DNA from: Myxococcota bacterium
GTDB lineage: Bacteria; Myxococcota; JAJVIH01
Reading direction: 5' to 3'
DNA: 64,000 nt
Assembly: GCA_022072125.1 (NCBI GenBank)
Contig: JAJVIH010000018.1
Coordinates: forward strand, 27,868-91,867
The number at the start of each line of letters is the position of its first letter. The first letter of the stretch is position 1. This document shows positions 18,089 through 28,599 of this stretch, piece by piece. The notes under the pieces are model-generated. The model had not been told where the DNA came from. It saw only the letters and a list, made by a program, of their open reading frames with translations, and did not search any database. Position numbers and translations under genes: made by a program.

Positions 18089-21000
18089 ATGATCGTCCGA
18101 ATGAATCGCACTGTTTTCCCCCGGGCCGCGCTGGCGCTTTTCACCAGCGCGCTCGCCTTGTTGACCGCTTGCGGCGAAGACGCCCTGCCCGAGGGCGCCA
18201 TCACCCGAAAACCCGACGCCGCGACTCCCTTCGATTCCAACCCCTTCCTGTGCACCACCAACCTGGAATGCACTCCCGGGCAGGAATGCATCAATGGCCA
18301 GTGTGTGCTGCAGGAAATCCCCCCTCACGACGCCGGTGAAACCGATGCAGGCAAGACCGACGCTGCGCCAGCCGATGGCGGCGGCGGTGATTCCGGCGGC
18401 GCGGAGTCCTGCACGAAACGCGATGATTGCCCGGGCGGCCATATCTGCTTCGGCGGCAAATGCATTCCCGATCCCAACGCCCCCGACAGCGGACCTGGCG
18501 ACTCCGGCGGCGATGCGGGCGACACAGGAGACGCCCAAAGCTCCTCCGATCCGGATATTGACCTGGACCTGACGCCGTCGGGTGGAAAATACGTCATTGA
18601 TTTTGGTCCGGTCGTGGTGGGCGCGCCGGTTTCCCGCACCTTCACGGTGACCAACAAGGGCCTGGGCGAACTGAAAATCCTGTCGCTGGTGATCAGCAAG
18701 GGCATTGCGGCGGGCTTCGCCTTCAAGACCAACCCGGTCGTTCCCAAGAGCATCCAGGCAGGCAATTCGTGGACCTATGAAGTGGTGTTCTCCGCCGCCA
18801 ATGCCGATCCGGCGGAAGGCGCCATCACCCTGGCCAGCAATGACCCGGACGAAGGAACGCTGGAGATACAGCTCACCACCACGGTGAAAGGGAAAGCCAA
18901 GGCGCAGGCCGAGCCCGCCGAACTGGACTTCGGTGAAATCCGCGTGGGCGTGACCGCGGAACGCACGGTCAAAATCAAAAACGCGACCGATGGCGACGCG
19001 GTCCTGCGCATTGACGGCCTGGCGGCCAAATCCGCCGGGGTTTTCGCCTGGGTTCCGGACGCCAGCCGCAAATTCCCGATCTTCCTGAATCCCAATGAAC
19101 AACGCGAGTTCAAGGTATCGTACGCGCCCAAGACCGCGGGCCAGAGCACGGACAGCATCCAGGTCAACACCAACGGCGAACCGGCGGCGCTGGATATCCC
19201 CGTCAAGGGCAACGCGGTTTCCAGCGCGCTGAAGATTGATCCTTCCCCGGTGGACCTGGGCGAAGTGGCTGTCGGTGCGGCGGCGGAGAAGGAAGTCACG
19301 CTGAGCAACGACGGCGCCGCTGAACTGCGGGTGACCGCGCTGGCTATCGCCAAAAGCACGGAGTTCAAGCTGGTGTCGCCGCCCGCGCTGCCGCTCAAGC
19401 TGACCGCGAAGGGAACCAAGGACGCGGAGGCCAGGCTGCGCATCAGCTTCACGCCCGCCAAAGCCGGCTCGTTCGAGGCGGAGTTACGCATCGAAAACGA
19501 CGGCCCCACCTCGCCCAACACCGTCAAGGTGATCGGCAAGGCCATCAGCCCGCCGAAGATGGAACTGTCGAGCAACGCCCTGCAGTTCGGCAACGTGGCC
19601 ATCGGAAGCAAGAAACTGGTGGAATTCCGGGTGTCCAACAAGGGCGGCAGCCCGCTGGAGGTTGCTTCCGTCAAGGGCAAGGTCAACGCGGCCGACCAGC
19701 CCTTCTCGTGGACGCCGCGCGGACCGTTCACCGTCGCACCCGCCGCGTCCGTGACCATTCAGGCCGCGTTTGAGCCGAAATCGAAGGGCGCGGTGACGGA
19801 AATCCTGGAGTTCGAGGCCAACGACCCGCAGTCGGCCAGTCTCACGGTCACCATGATCGGCGCGGGCGCCGAGCCGGATATCCGCGTATCGCCGTCGAGC
19901 GTGGACCTGGTGAGCGGCGTGGGTTCCAGCAAGACCGGCGAGATCACCATCCGCAATGTGGGCGACGCCCCCTTGACCATCCGCTCGGTGAAACTGACCG
20001 GAGCCGACTGCGCCGAGTTCAGCTTCGCCGAGAAGCCCACCGACGGCAGCGTGCTGGCGGCGGGCGCCTCGTTCTCCGTCAAGGTGACCTACCGGCCCAC
20101 GAACACCCAGGACGATTCCTGCAACGTGGATATCGAAAGCAACGACACGGACGCCTCCACGGTCCGGGTGGCGCTCTCCGGCAAGGGGGCGGCCCCGGAA
20201 ATCGAGGTGAAACCGGCGGAGTTGAAATTCGGCAATGTCAATGTGGGAACCACCAGCGCGCCGCAGGACATCACCATCAACAACCTGGGCAACGCCACGC
20301 TGAGCCTGCAAACGGTCACCACCACGGGAAGTTGCGCCAACTTCACCCGCACCAGCCCGGGAACCAGCGTGAACGCGGGGGCCAGCGCGAAAATCACGGT
20401 GACCTACAAGCCCGTCTCGGCGATTACCGAGACATGCTTCCTCAATATCCGCAGCAACGACGCCGACGAACCGCAGGTGATTGTCCAGGTCAATGGCGCG
20501 GGCGTCACTTCCGGCGTCAACGTCAATCCGGCGAGCATTGATTTCGGCACCGTGCCGCTGACCACCACGCGGGAGATCGCGTTTGAAATCCAGAACACCG
20601 GCGGAGCCACGCTGACGGTCAGTTCCATCACCAGTTCCTGCACGGAAGTGACAGTGGCCGAGCCGCCCACGGCTCCCATTCCGCCAGCGGGCAAACACTC
20701 CTCCAAGGCCGTATTTGATCCGGCGGGCAAGGCCGTGGACCTGACCGCCAAGGCCTGCAAACTGACCATCAACAACGACTCCGCGGTCAGCAAGAAAGAT
20801 GTGCCCGTGCGCGGGCGCTCCAGCGACAACAAGCCGGAGGCGCGCATCCAGGTGGGAACCACCCTGCTGGATCCGAATTTCGTATACATCGTGCCGTTCA
20901 ACGACACGCTGAAGATTGACGGGTCGAGAAGCATCGCCCAGGGCGGGGCCTCCATCGCATCCTACGCCTGGAAAATCCTCGAACAACCGGCGGGCGGGAC

Positions 21001-21718
21001 CAAAACCCCTGGAACCGGCGCAAGCTGGGACCTGAAATTCGATCTGTACGGAACGTACCGCGTCGAACTGGTGGTCACCGACAGCAACGGGCAGGCCAGC
21101 GCGCCCACGGTGGTCTCTTTCTTTGTGCAGTCCACGGTGCTGCTGGACCTGACCTACGAAAACATCGCCTCCAACGACGCCGACAAGCGGGATGTGCAAA
21201 TGGCCTTCTACCATCCTGGCATCGCCGGCAACGCCAGCAGCAGCAGCCGCTGCCATTACGGCAACCAGAAGCCCAACTGGGGCGACTACGGCTGGTCGCA
21301 GGGAACAACCACCTGGCCGTTCTACGCCATTCCCGCCAACGGAGCGGAGCGGATTGAATATAAATCCGTTCCGGCCAGCGGGGCCCAGACCTTCAAGATC
21401 CGTTCGCGGTACATGGAAGACTGCAAGGACTACTACGAAAGCGTGATCTTTGGCCCCACCTGCTTTGATCATGAGCCGTCGAAAACCACCACGGTCATCA
21501 AGATCAACGGGGTGGAAAAGGGCGTGTGCTGCCGGAAGTTTGATCAACTCACCGGCGACGACAATCTTGATCTCGCTCCCGCGGGTCCGTATGTGGATAT
21601 CGCGGACGTTGTGATCGAAAATGGCGTATTCAAATCGGTGACCTGCGCGGCCGGTTCCGTGCAGTTCGCCACCACCACCGCGGCGAAAAACTCTGGAAAT
21701 GCTGCCTGCAAATTCTAA
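18089..21718 (+). CDS. Large surface lipoprotein: Cys-rich 'myxo-type' disulfide repeats + ~10 tandem Ig-like (choice-of-anchor D / ASH-like) domains + PKD-like domain + Cys-containing C-terminal domain
   Basis: Start chosen at the ATG with a GGGAGGG RBS 6 nt upstream. Lipobox ALLTACGE. Two CX5CX5CX4C modules ([38 protein letters not shown]). Repeated ~100-aa units share the pattern L.F G.V.VG......T.TNKG...L.I.S. PKD-like segment [12 protein letters not shown]...[12 protein letters not shown]. Confidence 0.7.
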   Translation: MIVRMNRTVFPRAALALFTSALALLTACGEDALPEGAITRKPDAATPFDSNPFLCTTNLECTPGQECINGQCVLQEIPPHDAGETDAGKTDAAPADGGGGDSGGAESCTKRDDCPGGHICFGGKCIPDPNAPDSGPGDSGGDAGDTGDAQSSSDPDIDLDLTPSGGKYVIDFGPVVVGAPVSRTFTVTNKGLGELKILSLVISKGIAAGFAFKTNPVVPKSIQAGNSWTYEVVFSAANADPAEGAITLASNDPDEGTLEIQLTTTVKGKAKAQAEPAELDFGEIRVGVTAERTVKIKNATDGDAVLRIDGLAAKSAGVFAWVPDASRKFPIFLNPNEQREFKVSYAPKTAGQSTDSIQVNTNGEPAALDIPVKGNAVSSALKIDPSPVDLGEVAVGAAAEKEVTLSNDGAAELRVTALAIAKSTEFKLVSPPALPLKLTAKGTKDAEARLRISFTPAKAGSFEAELRIENDGPTSPNTVKVIGKAISPPKMELSSNALQFGNVAIGSKKLVEFRVSNKGGSPLEVASVKGKVNAADQPFSWTPRGPFTVAPAASVTIQAAFEPKSKGAVTEILEFEANDPQSASLTVTMIGAGAEPDIRVSPSSVDLVSGVGSSKTGEITIRNVGDAPLTIRSVKLTGADCAEFSFAEKPTDGSVLAAGASFSVKVTYRPTNTQDDSCNVDIESNDTDASTVRVALSGKGAAPEIEVKPAELKFGNVNVGTTSAPQDITINNLGNATLSLQTVTTTGSCANFTRTSPGTSVNAGASAKITVTYKPVSAITETCFLNIRSNDADEPQVIVQVNGAGVTSGVNVNPASIDFGTVPLTTTREIAFEIQNTGGATLTVSSITSSCTEVTVAEPPTAPIPPAGKHSSKAVFDPAGKAVDLTAKACKLTINNDSAVSKKDVPVRGRSSDNKPEARIQVGTTLLDPNFVYIVPFNDTLKIDGSRSIAQGGASIASYAWKILEQPAGGTKTPGTGASWDLKFDLYGTYRVELVVTDSNGQASAPTVVSFFVQSTVLLDLTYENIASNDADKRDVQMAFYHPGIAGNASSSSRCHYGNQKPNWGDYGWSQGTTTWPFYAIPANGAERIEYKSVPASGAQTFKIRSRYMEDCKDYYESVIFGPTCFDHEPSKTTTVIKINGVEKGVCCRKFDQLTGDDNLDLAPAGPYVDIADVVIENGVFKSVTCAAGSVQFATTTAAKNSGNAACKF

Positions 21719-22139
21719 TCCCCCGGTCAAGGTCCTGACTGACTATCTCTGGTTCAACACGCGCCGGCGGCGTGAGTTGATCAACATCACCGAGATGGTC
21801 AGCGAACTGGTGGAGCGCAGCGGCATCCAGGAGGGTTTCGTGCTGGTGTCGGCGATGCACATCACCGCGGGGGTGTACATCAACGACCACGAGCCGGGTC
21901 TGTGGGAGGATATCGAGGAATGGCTGGAAAAACTGGCCCCTTCGGGCATCGCCTACAAGCATCACCAGACCGGCGAGGACAACGGCGACGCCCACCTGAA
22001 GAACCTGCTGATTGGCCACGAGGTCACCGTACCCATCACCAAGGGCGTGCTTGACCTGGGGCCCTGGCAGCAGATTTTCTACGCCGAGTTTGACGGCTGC
22101 CGGAAGAAGCGCGTCATCATCAAGGCGATGGGAATCTGA
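21699..22139 (+). CDS. yjbQ: YjbQ/UPF0047 family protein (secondary thiamine-phosphate synthase-like)
   Basis: [30 protein letters not shown]...[27 protein letters not shown]...[26 protein letters not shown]...[16 protein letters not shown] matches the YjbQ family along its whole length. Confidence 0.75.
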   Translation: MLPANSNPPVKVLTDYLWFNTRRRRELINITEMVSELVERSGIQEGFVLVSAMHITAGVYINDHEPGLWEDIEEWLEKLAPSGIAYKHHQTGEDNGDAHLKNLLIGHEVTVPITKGVLDLGPWQQIFYAEFDGCRKKRVIIKAMGI

Positions 22140-23323
22140 TGCCGCTCGCCCAGCTTCTCACCTGGACCTGGGCGGTTTACGCCCTGTCGCTGATCCTGGC
22201 CTTCCTGATTACTTATTACACAACGCCGATTTTCCGCAGCGCCGCCATCAAATTCGGCATCGTGGACCGCCCGAGCACGCCGCTGAAAACCCAGCGCGAG
22301 CCGGTTCCCTACCTGGGGGGGCTGGCGATTTACGCCGGGGTGCTGACCACCGCGGCGGTCACTTACGAACTGAACCAGGAGGTGCTGGGGATATTCCTCT
22401 CCGGCACCATGATCCTGCTGCTGGGTTTGGTGGATGACTTCGGCGTGCTGACGCCCAAGGTCAAGCTTGCGGGCCAAATCATCGCCACCGCGTTCATGGT
22501 GCGGTCCGGCGTGTTCATCAAGCTGGAGATGCTGCCGCAATGGGCCGCCATCGCGCTGACCTTTCTCTGGGTGGTGGGTCTGACCAACGCCATCAACCTG
22601 ATTGATATCATGGACGGTCTATCCAGTTCGGTGGCGGCGGCGGCCTCGCTGGCGCTGTTCAGCTTCGCGCTGTACTGCAACCGGCAGATGGTGGCCGTGC
22701 TGGCGTTGGCGGTCGCCGGGGCCGCGCTGGGCTTCTTCATGCACAACAAGCAGCCGGCGCGCATCTACATGGGAGACACCGGCAGCCTGTTTCTCGGCTT
22801 CATGCTGGCGGCGCTGGCCATGAACAATTCCTATACCCGCAACAACGTGGCGGCGGCCATCGCGCCTGCGCTGGTGCTGGCGGTTCCGATCTTCGACACC
22901 ACGCTGGTCAGCGTCATCCGCTTTCTCAAGGGCAAGCCGATCATGCACGGCAGCCCCGATCATTATGCGCTGCGCCTGAAAAAGCTGGGACTGACTCCTC
23001 CCCAGGTGGGGCTGGTCAGCGTGCTCGCCACCCTGATCACCTCGGCGATGGCATGGTGGATGGTGATCACCCCATCCCTGATGGCCGCATGGCTGATCGG
23101 CGGCGGAACCCTGGCGGCGCTGCTTGCCGTGGGGGTGCTCATCGCCCGGGTGGAGATGCCCGGGCCGCCGCCGGCGAAAACCCAGGATCACAACCTCGCC
23201 GATGTGGAACGCCGCGAACAGGCCCTGGGGAAATCCACGGCGGCGGCCGGCCAGGAATCCGCTTCTCCGCCCGCCGCGGAAGAATCCGCCGCCTCCCATA
23301 CCCCCCACGCTCCAGGGCAGTAG
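22139..23323 (+). CDS. Glycosyltransferase family 4 polyprenyl-phosphate sugar-1-phosphate transferase (WecA/MraY-like) with Pro/Ala-rich C-terminal tail
   Basis: About 10 TM helices. NAINLIDIMDGLSS motif (NxxNxxDGxDGL variant). FDTTLVSVIRFLKGKPIMHGSPDHYALRL near the C-terminus, typical of WecA-type transferases. Confidence 0.7.
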   Translation: MPLAQLLTWTWAVYALSLILAFLITYYTTPIFRSAAIKFGIVDRPSTPLKTQREPVPYLGGLAIYAGVLTTAAVTYELNQEVLGIFLSGTMILLLGLVDDFGVLTPKVKLAGQIIATAFMVRSGVFIKLEMLPQWAAIALTFLWVVGLTNAINLIDIMDGLSSSVAAAASLALFSFALYCNRQMVAVLALAVAGAALGFFMHNKQPARIYMGDTGSLFLGFMLAALAMNNSYTRNNVAAAIAPALVLAVPIFDTTLVSVIRFLKGKPIMHGSPDHYALRLKKLGLTPPQVGLVSVLATLITSAMAWWMVITPSLMAAWLIGGGTLAALLAVGVLIARVEMPGPPPAKTQDHNLADVERREQALGKSTAAAGQESASPPAAEESAASHTPHAPGQ

Positions 23324-23343
23324 AAACAGCGGCTGTTTTCCTG
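23324..23343 (+). terminator. Terminator-like hairpin + T-run directly after the WecA-like gene stop
   Basis: AAACAGC g GCTGTTTT starts immediately after the TAG stop. Confidence 0.45.
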
Positions 23344-23418
23344 ACAAGGACAACAGGCCGGAACCTTCGCCCAGACCGGCGGAAGCCGTTCGCGTGAAAT
23401 GCCGGGCCAGGGGGATGA

Positions 23419-23829
23419 TCAGAAATTCTTGGGCCCCTGGCGCAGGCATTCGTCAATCGCCACGCGCACTTCCGGCGTGATATTCATCAACTCCACCCCC
23501 ATGCCGGATTGATCCAGTTCCGCGCCTGATCGCACCCAGCGGACAACGCCGCTGATCTGAATCGGCGTCTCCAGATTGGGAAAATGCATCGCCAGATCCA
23601 GTTCGCTGCCCACCGGCAGGGGCTTGCCGGTCTTGATGAACACGCCGCCCGTGGACAGGTTCAACACCGAAGCGGAGGCGTACACGTAGGTCGTGCGCAG
23701 TTCGACCTTCATATGCACTTCCACCCGTGAAAATTTGCGTTTGTCCGGTTCCTGCGGCGTGAAGCTGGAGGAGCGTTTCTTCTTTGGTTCCTGCTGATCC
23801 GTTTTCTGGTCTTGTTGGTCGGAACTCAT
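23419..23829 (-). CDS. PilZ domain protein (c-di-GMP binding), 136 aa
   Basis: RKFSRVEV (RxxxR) and NLSTGGVFI (D/NxSxGG) motifs. Start reassigned to the internal ATG, which is preceded by a GGGGGG RBS. The upstream 110 codons of the track ORF are Arg-rich translated noncoding sequence. Confidence 0.7.
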   Translation of the reverse strand: MSSDQQDQKTDQQEPKKKRSSSFTPQEPDKRKFSRVEVHMKVELRTTYVYASASVLNLSTGGVFIKTGKPLPVGSELDLAMHFPNLETPIQISGVVRWVRSGAELDQSGMGVELMNITPEVRVAIDECLRQGPKNF

Positions 23830-24079
23830 GGGACCCCCCTTTTCACGTGGAACCCGCTGGCTGCTGAAACCATGATTATCCCGGCCAGCGCGGTTTTTCA
23901 AACCCCTGCCCCGCACGCGGCTTTCGCCGGTGGACGGATGACGCTGGAACAGCGCCTGGAACGGGCGCTTCCACGGCGGAAGCAGGGATGGGAAGATCGC
24001 GGAAGCTCCAGGGATTGAAGTCAAGCGGGCCGCGAAATTCACCGGCTGGAAAATGGATCGGCCGCGGTTGCGGCGGGAA

Positions 24080-24676
24080 TTACGCCTGGCGCCATTTGAT
24101 GGTGCAACCGACCGGCGTGGTCTGACGCACGCCGGGAGCATGGCCCGCCAACACCGCATCCAGGGCGTTGCGCAGATCGGGGCTCTTCACCGAGCCGGGC
24201 TCGTAGGTCGAGTCGTCAATCCGGCCGTGGTAGACGAGCTTGCGCTTGCGGTCGAAGACAAACACTTCCGGCGTGAAGCGTGCGCCGTAGGCGTGGGCGG
24301 TCTCCTGGCTGGCGTCGTGGACATAGGGGAAATTGAAGCCGCGCTCCTTCGCACGCCGTTTCATGTTGTCAAACGAATCTTCCGGATAGCGGCTGTCATC
24401 GTTGGCGTTGATGGCGATCAGGCGCACGCCCTTGTCCTGATAATCCGCCTGGATTTGCACCATGCGCTCTTCGTAGGCTTTCACATAGGGGCAATGGTTG
24501 CAGGAGAAAATGACCACCAGCACAGGCGCGCCGGCGAAGCTGTCGAGGGAGTAGCGGGCGCCGTCCACGCCGGGCAGGTCGAACGGCGGCGCTTCCGCGC
24601 CGGGAATCAGGACGGGATTTTTCGGATTCACAGGCGTGCTCCTCCGTCGAATGGTCAGGCGGACAGGATATTCCAT
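24080..24676 (-). CDS. Thioredoxin-fold thiol-disulfide oxidoreductase (TlpA/peroxiredoxin-like)
   Basis: [17 protein letters not shown] contains a CxxC active site in a thioredoxin-like context. [12 protein letters not shown] is typical of AhpC/TSA-like redoxins. Confidence 0.65.
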   Translation of the reverse strand: MEYPVRLTIRRRSTPVNPKNPVLIPGAEAPPFDLPGVDGARYSLDSFAGAPVLVVIFSCNHCPYVKAYEERMVQIQADYQDKGVRLIAINANDDSRYPEDSFDNMKRRAKERGFNFPYVHDASQETAHAYGARFTPEVFVFDRKRKLVYHGRIDDSTYEPGSVKSPDLRNALDAVLAGHAPGVRQTTPVGCTIKWRQA

Positions 24677-26067
24677 TTTTCCAGATGCCGTCCGATCAGG
24701 TTGCGAATTTCGCCGCTGTCCGCGGAACAGTTCACGGGAAGGTTGGCGTGACGCGCCTCCACCCCCGCGATTTGTCCCTGATGATACGCCAGTTTCGAGT
24801 CGGAGAATTTCAACCCGCTCGCGGTGCTGACGACCACCACGCGGTGCTCCGGACGGATGGTCTTCGCGGCGGCCAGTTTCTCCAGCGCGGCCAGGGCCAC
24901 GCCCGTGTGCGGACAGTTGAACATGCCTGTGCGGTCCGCGCGCGCCGCCGCGTTCGCCAGTTCGGATTCGCTGGCCTGTTCGACCACGCCGTCAAACTCG
25001 CGCAACACCTTGATGGCGCGGTGAACGCTCACTGGGTTGCCGATCTGGATGGCGCTCGCCAGCGTGGTCTGGGCGGGAACCGCCTCAAAACGCTCAAAGC
25101 CGCCGAGAAACGCCCGGTAAAGCGGATTGGCGCGCTCCGCCTGCGCCACGCAGATGCGCGGCAGCCGCGTGATGAGCCCGAGATCGCGCATCAGCAGAAA
25201 CCCCGCGCCCAGCGCCGAGACATTGCCCAGGTTGCCGCCGGGGATGATCACCCAATCGGGAACCTGCCAGTCGAATTGCTGCGCGATCTCGACGCTGATG
25301 GTCTTCTGTCCCTCCAGGCGCAGGGAGTTCATGGAATTGGCGAGGTAGATGCTCTCGTCGCGGGTCAGTTCCTGCACCACCTTCATGCAGCCGTCGAAGT
25401 CGGTGTCCAGGCTGATCACCAAGGCGCCGTTGGCCAGCGGCTGCAACAACTGGGCGTTGGAGACCTTGTTGCGCGGCAGCAGCACGATCGCCGGAATGCC
25501 CGCGGCGGCGCAGTAGGAGGCGAGGCTGGCGGAAGTATCGCCGGTCGAGGCGCAGGCCACCGCGCGGATGGGAATCCCGTTGTTTCGCATCTGTTTGACC
25601 GCGCTGACCAGAACGGTCATGCCCAGGTCCTTGAACGAGCCGGTATGGGAAAGCCCGCTCTGCTTGATCCAGAGATCTTCAATCCCGATGGTGCGGCCGT
25701 GGCGTTCCGCCCAGTACAGGTTGGTGTTGCCCTCGAAGGTGGAGACGATGTTGTCGTCGTTGATCTGCGGCAGCACCCATTCCTTCTTGCTCCAAACCCC
25801 CGATCCATAGGGCCAGGCGGTGCGTCCGGCCCGCCCGTCGAACAGGTTCATCCAGGCGGCCGCGCTGCGATCGCGCAGGGCGGAAGGATCATGTTTGACT
25901 TCCAGTAACGAACTGCAGGTTGGACAGCGGTAAATGACCTCAAACGGGGAGTACTGCCCGGAGCACCCGTTCACACACTGGAACCACGCATGGTAGGCCA
26001 AAACTGATTCTCCTGTGGGTCCGCCCGCGAAACGCGAACCGGCGAAAGGAATATCCCCACGCCGCAC
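24655..26067 (-). CDS. thrC: Threonine synthase
   Basis: PLP-Lys motif [36 protein letters not shown] and the full length are consistent with ThrC. N-terminal Cys-containing extension (CVNGCSGQ...CPTCSS). The true start may be a few codons downstream of the annotated ATG. Confidence 0.8.
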   Translation of the reverse strand: MRRGDIPFAGSRFAGGPTGESVLAYHAWFQCVNGCSGQYSPFEVIYRCPTCSSLLEVKHDPSALRDRSAAAWMNLFDGRAGRTAWPYGSGVWSKKEWVLPQINDDNIVSTFEGNTNLYWAERHGRTIGIEDLWIKQSGLSHTGSFKDLGMTVLVSAVKQMRNNGIPIRAVACASTGDTSASLASYCAAAGIPAIVLLPRNKVSNAQLLQPLANGALVISLDTDFDGCMKVVQELTRDESIYLANSMNSLRLEGQKTISVEIAQQFDWQVPDWVIIPGGNLGNVSALGAGFLLMRDLGLITRLPRICVAQAERANPLYRAFLGGFERFEAVPAQTTLASAIQIGNPVSVHRAIKVLREFDGVVEQASESELANAAARADRTGMFNCPHTGVALAALEKLAAAKTIRPEHRVVVVSTASGLKFSDSKLAYHQGQIAGVEARHANLPVNCSADSGEIRNLIGRHLEKWNILSA

Positions 26068-26193
26068 GGCAGGTCAATGGCGGGACAATACCCCCGGTTT
26101 TCCAGCGGGATGCGTCCCGCCAGGCGCGGGCCTCCCACGCGATCAATTCCATCCGCGGCGGGTGGGGAAACGGCCGGCTCCCTTCAACGCGGA

Positions 26194-26832
26194 TTAGTGC
26201 TTGCCCTTGCGCGGATCGGGTTTGGCCTGCTTCGCGGGCCCGTCTTCCTCTTCGTCATCATTGTCCGCATCGTCATCGCCGTCATCATTGTCCGAGTCAT
26301 CATCGTCGAAATCGTCCTCGTCCTCGCCATCCAAATCATCATCCTCGTCATCATCGGAATCGTCGTCCCACTCGTCGCCGTCTTCCGTATCGTCATTGTC
26401 CCCGGCGTCCTGCAAGCCCAACTCTTTCATGGCCTCCTGCACGTACTCGTCAAATTCGCCGTACATGTCCTCGACGCCTTCAATGAAGGTCGCGCCATCC
26501 AGGTCCGATGGTTCGAGAGAGACCACTTCGAGCATGTCGAAGCCCTCCTCGAAGCTGTCCTTGTCAACGCGGTGCTGATGCAGGACAAAGCAGTGGCCCG
26601 CGTACTCGCCGGACGCCATCACGTCCATGGTCATCATGTCCTCCGGCTCTTCGCCTTCCTCTGCCAGAAAAGCCTCGATGCTTTGCACCAAGTAGTCCGG
26701 TTTGCCGGAAGGATCATCCCCTTCCGCCACGCCGACAATCACGCCCTTCATCACCAGGGGGCCGGAGCCTTCCTCCGGAATTTTGGCGGTGAGTTCCACA
26801 ATCGTTCCCAGCTCCATATCCTGAGTCGCCAT
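26194..26832 (-). CDS. Hypothetical highly acidic protein with ~70-aa poly-Asp/Glu C-terminal tail
   Basis: Single long ORF upstream of thrC on the same strand. Ordered N-terminal ~130 aa, then DAGDNDDTEDGDEWDDDSDDDEDDDLDGEDEDDFDDDDSDNDDGDDDADNDDEEED, ending in a basic KQAKPDPRKGKH. The complementary Ser-rich ORF (26201..26578 +) is its shadow. Confidence 0.55.
   Translation of the reverse strand: MATQDMELGTIVELTAKIPEEGSGPLVMKGVIVGVAEGDDPSGKPDYLVQSIEAFLAEEGEEPEDMMTMDVMASGEYAGHCFVLHQHRVDKDSFEEGFDMLEVVSLEPSDLDGATFIEGVEDMYGEFDEYVQEAMKELGLQDAGDNDDTEDGDEWDDDSDDDEDDDLDGEDEDDFDDDDSDNDDGDDDADNDDEEEDGPAKQAKPDPRKGKH
26250..26400 (-). repeat. Low-complexity GAT/GAC (Asp codon) microsatellite-like tract inside the acidic-protein gene
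   Basis: Iterated gtcatc/gtcgtc units on the + strand (Asp/Glu codons on the - strand). Confidence 0.6.
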
Positions 26833-27108
26833 GACGGACCTTTCCTGTAATGGGTGGAGAAACCGGCGGCATCATGGCACAACCCGGCCGCAAAGGACAG
26901 GGAAAAACAGGTGAAACTCCCTGCTTCCCTGTTTGGGGAGCAGATGGAGTTCACCTGAATTGGGTAGCGGGAACGGGCTTCGCGCCCCCCCGCCTGCGGC
27001 GGCGTTCTCTTCCCGATCGCCGCGGACCCACTCCCGGCCCCTCTCCATTGCCCGCCCAACAGGGGGGGATCGATTCGCTCCCGCTCACCCGGCCGCGATT
27101 CGCCACTC

Positions 27109-27138
27109 CCCTCTCCCGCGCCGCAAGGCGCGGGAGAG
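27109..27138. promoter_or_regulatory. Perfect 13-bp inverted repeat with GCAA tetraloop in the thrC/acidic-gene and ilvA divergent intergenic region
   Basis: CCTCTCCCGCGCC GCAA GGCGCGGGAGAGG. No flanking T/A runs. About 100 nt upstream of the ilvA start, just before a candidate -35/-10. Confidence 0.5.
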
Positions 27139-27159
27139 GATCCAGACCAACCAGGAGCT

Positions 27160-27188
27160 TTTGACTCGCATCCGGCGGGCCGATAGTG
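27160..27188 (+). promoter_or_regulatory. Candidate sigma70-type promoter for ilvA
   Basis: TTGACT - 17 nt - TAGTGT, ~50 nt upstream of the ilvA ATG. Confidence 0.35.
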
Positions 27189-27239
27189 TGCGCCCGCCTT
27201 GGCGGCAGGTCCATAACCACCGCCGGAAAGTCCAGGTTC

Positions 27240-28505
27240 ATGAGCACCGGAATTCAGGTCACCATCCACGATATCGAGCAGGCCCGCGAGCGCATCAAGG
27301 ACGCCATTTTCGTCACACCATGCGCCTTTTCGCAGTCACTCTCCAACCTCACGGGATGCAAGGTCTACTGCAAGCTGGAAAACCTGCAGATGACCGGTTC
27401 ATTCAAGGAACGCGGGGCGCTCAACAAACTGCTGCGCCTGACGCAGGAGGAAAAAGCCGCGGGCGTCATCGCCTCCAGCGCCGGCAACCATGCGCAGGGG
27501 CTGGCCTACCACGCCACGCGCCTGGGCATCGCCGCCACCATCGTCATGCCGGAGGCCACCCCCATCGTGAAGGTGACCGCCACCCGCGGCTACGGCGGCA
27601 ATGTGGTGCTCAAGGGCAACAGCTACGACGAGGCCTTCGCCCATGCCTGCCTGCTGCAGAAGGAGCACGGATACACCTTCGTGCATCCGTTCAATGACCC
27701 GTTGATTGTCGCGGGACAAGGCACCATGGGGCTGGAACTGCTGGAACAGAATCCCTACCTGGATTCCGTGGTGGTCCCCATTGGCGGCGGCGGGATGATT
27801 TCCGGCGTCGCCATCGCGCTGAAGGAGACCAACCCGAAAATCCGCATCATCGGCGTCGAGACCGAATCCGTGCCCTCCATGAAGGAAGCGATGAAAAAGG
27901 GCGAGCCCGTCGAGGTGCCCGCCGCGCGCAGCATCGCCGATGGCATCGCGGTGCGCCGCGCCGGGGATGTGACGCTGCCGATTGTCCGCAAGTACGTGGA
28001 CGATATCGTCACCGTTTCGGAAGAAGAAACCGCGAACGCGGTCATGGTGCTGCTGGAACGGGAGAAGACCCTGGTGGAAGGAGCGGGAGCCGTGCCGCTG
28101 GCGGCGCTGCTCAACAACAAGGTCAACCTGAAGGGCCGCAAGGTCGCGCTGGTGTTGTCCGGCGGCAATATTGACGTGAACGTGCTCTCGCGCATCATCG
28201 AGCGCGGTCTGGTCAAGGACGGCCGCCTCGCCAAATTGAGCGTGACTATCTCCGACACGCCCGGATCGCTGGCCAGCCTGACCGCCGTGATCGGCACGCT
28301 GCGGGCCAACATCATGGAGATTTACCACAACCGGGCGTTTTCCGAAGCCAACCTGGGCGAAACGATTGTGGACCTGACCATCGAGACCCGCGGCCACGAA
28401 CATGTATCGGAAATCATCACGGCGCTGGAAGGGCGCGGCCTGAAAGTCACCATCGAAACGCCGCATCCGCGGCCGCTCCACCATACCCCGCATCATCCAT
28501 CGTGA
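27240..28505 (+). CDS. ilvA: Threonine ammonia-lyase (threonine dehydratase), biosynthetic short form with one C-terminal regulatory domain
   Basis: PLP-Lys SFKERGALN, the AGNHAQG glycine loop and a C-terminal ACT-like segment. Start moved to MSTGIQ; the upstream 18 codons of the track ORF lack an RBS and run into the promoter. Confidence 0.8.
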   Translation: MSTGIQVTIHDIEQARERIKDAIFVTPCAFSQSLSNLTGCKVYCKLENLQMTGSFKERGALNKLLRLTQEEKAAGVIASSAGNHAQGLAYHATRLGIAATIVMPEATPIVKVTATRGYGGNVVLKGNSYDEAFAHACLLQKEHGYTFVHPFNDPLIVAGQGTMGLELLEQNPYLDSVVVPIGGGGMISGVAIALKETNPKIRIIGVETESVPSMKEAMKKGEPVEVPAARSIADGIAVRRAGDVTLPIVRKYVDDIVTVSEEETANAVMVLLEREKTLVEGAGAVPLAALLNNKVNLKGRKVALVLSGGNIDVNVLSRIIERGLVKDGRLAKLSVTISDTPGSLASLTAVIGTLRANIMEIYHNRAFSEANLGETIVDLTIETRGHEHVSEIITALEGRGLKVTIETPHPRPLHHTPHHPS

Positions 28506-28599
28506 GGGTTCCACGGCGCCAGGGCGCGGCGGCGGTGTCTCCGCCCCGCTTCGCTATCCCTCGCGCGTGATCCGGCATCCCTCATGTTGGGGGATGAAA

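Noticed and set aside
18550-20830. Tandem ~300-nt periodicity in the large lipoprotein gene as a possible DNA repeat array or CRISPR
   Set aside because: Repeats are protein-level Ig-like domains with divergent DNA sequence and no short direct repeats with unique spacers. No cas genes in the window.
24685-25908. 407-aa + strand ORF antisense to thrC
   Set aside because: thrC on the - strand has the PLP-Lys motif and full-length similarity. The + strand frame is low complexity.
26201-26578. Ser-rich 125-aa + strand ORF
   Set aside because: It is the complement of the poly-Asp/Glu tail coding region (GAC/GAT read as GTC/ATC), so a repeat-induced artefact.
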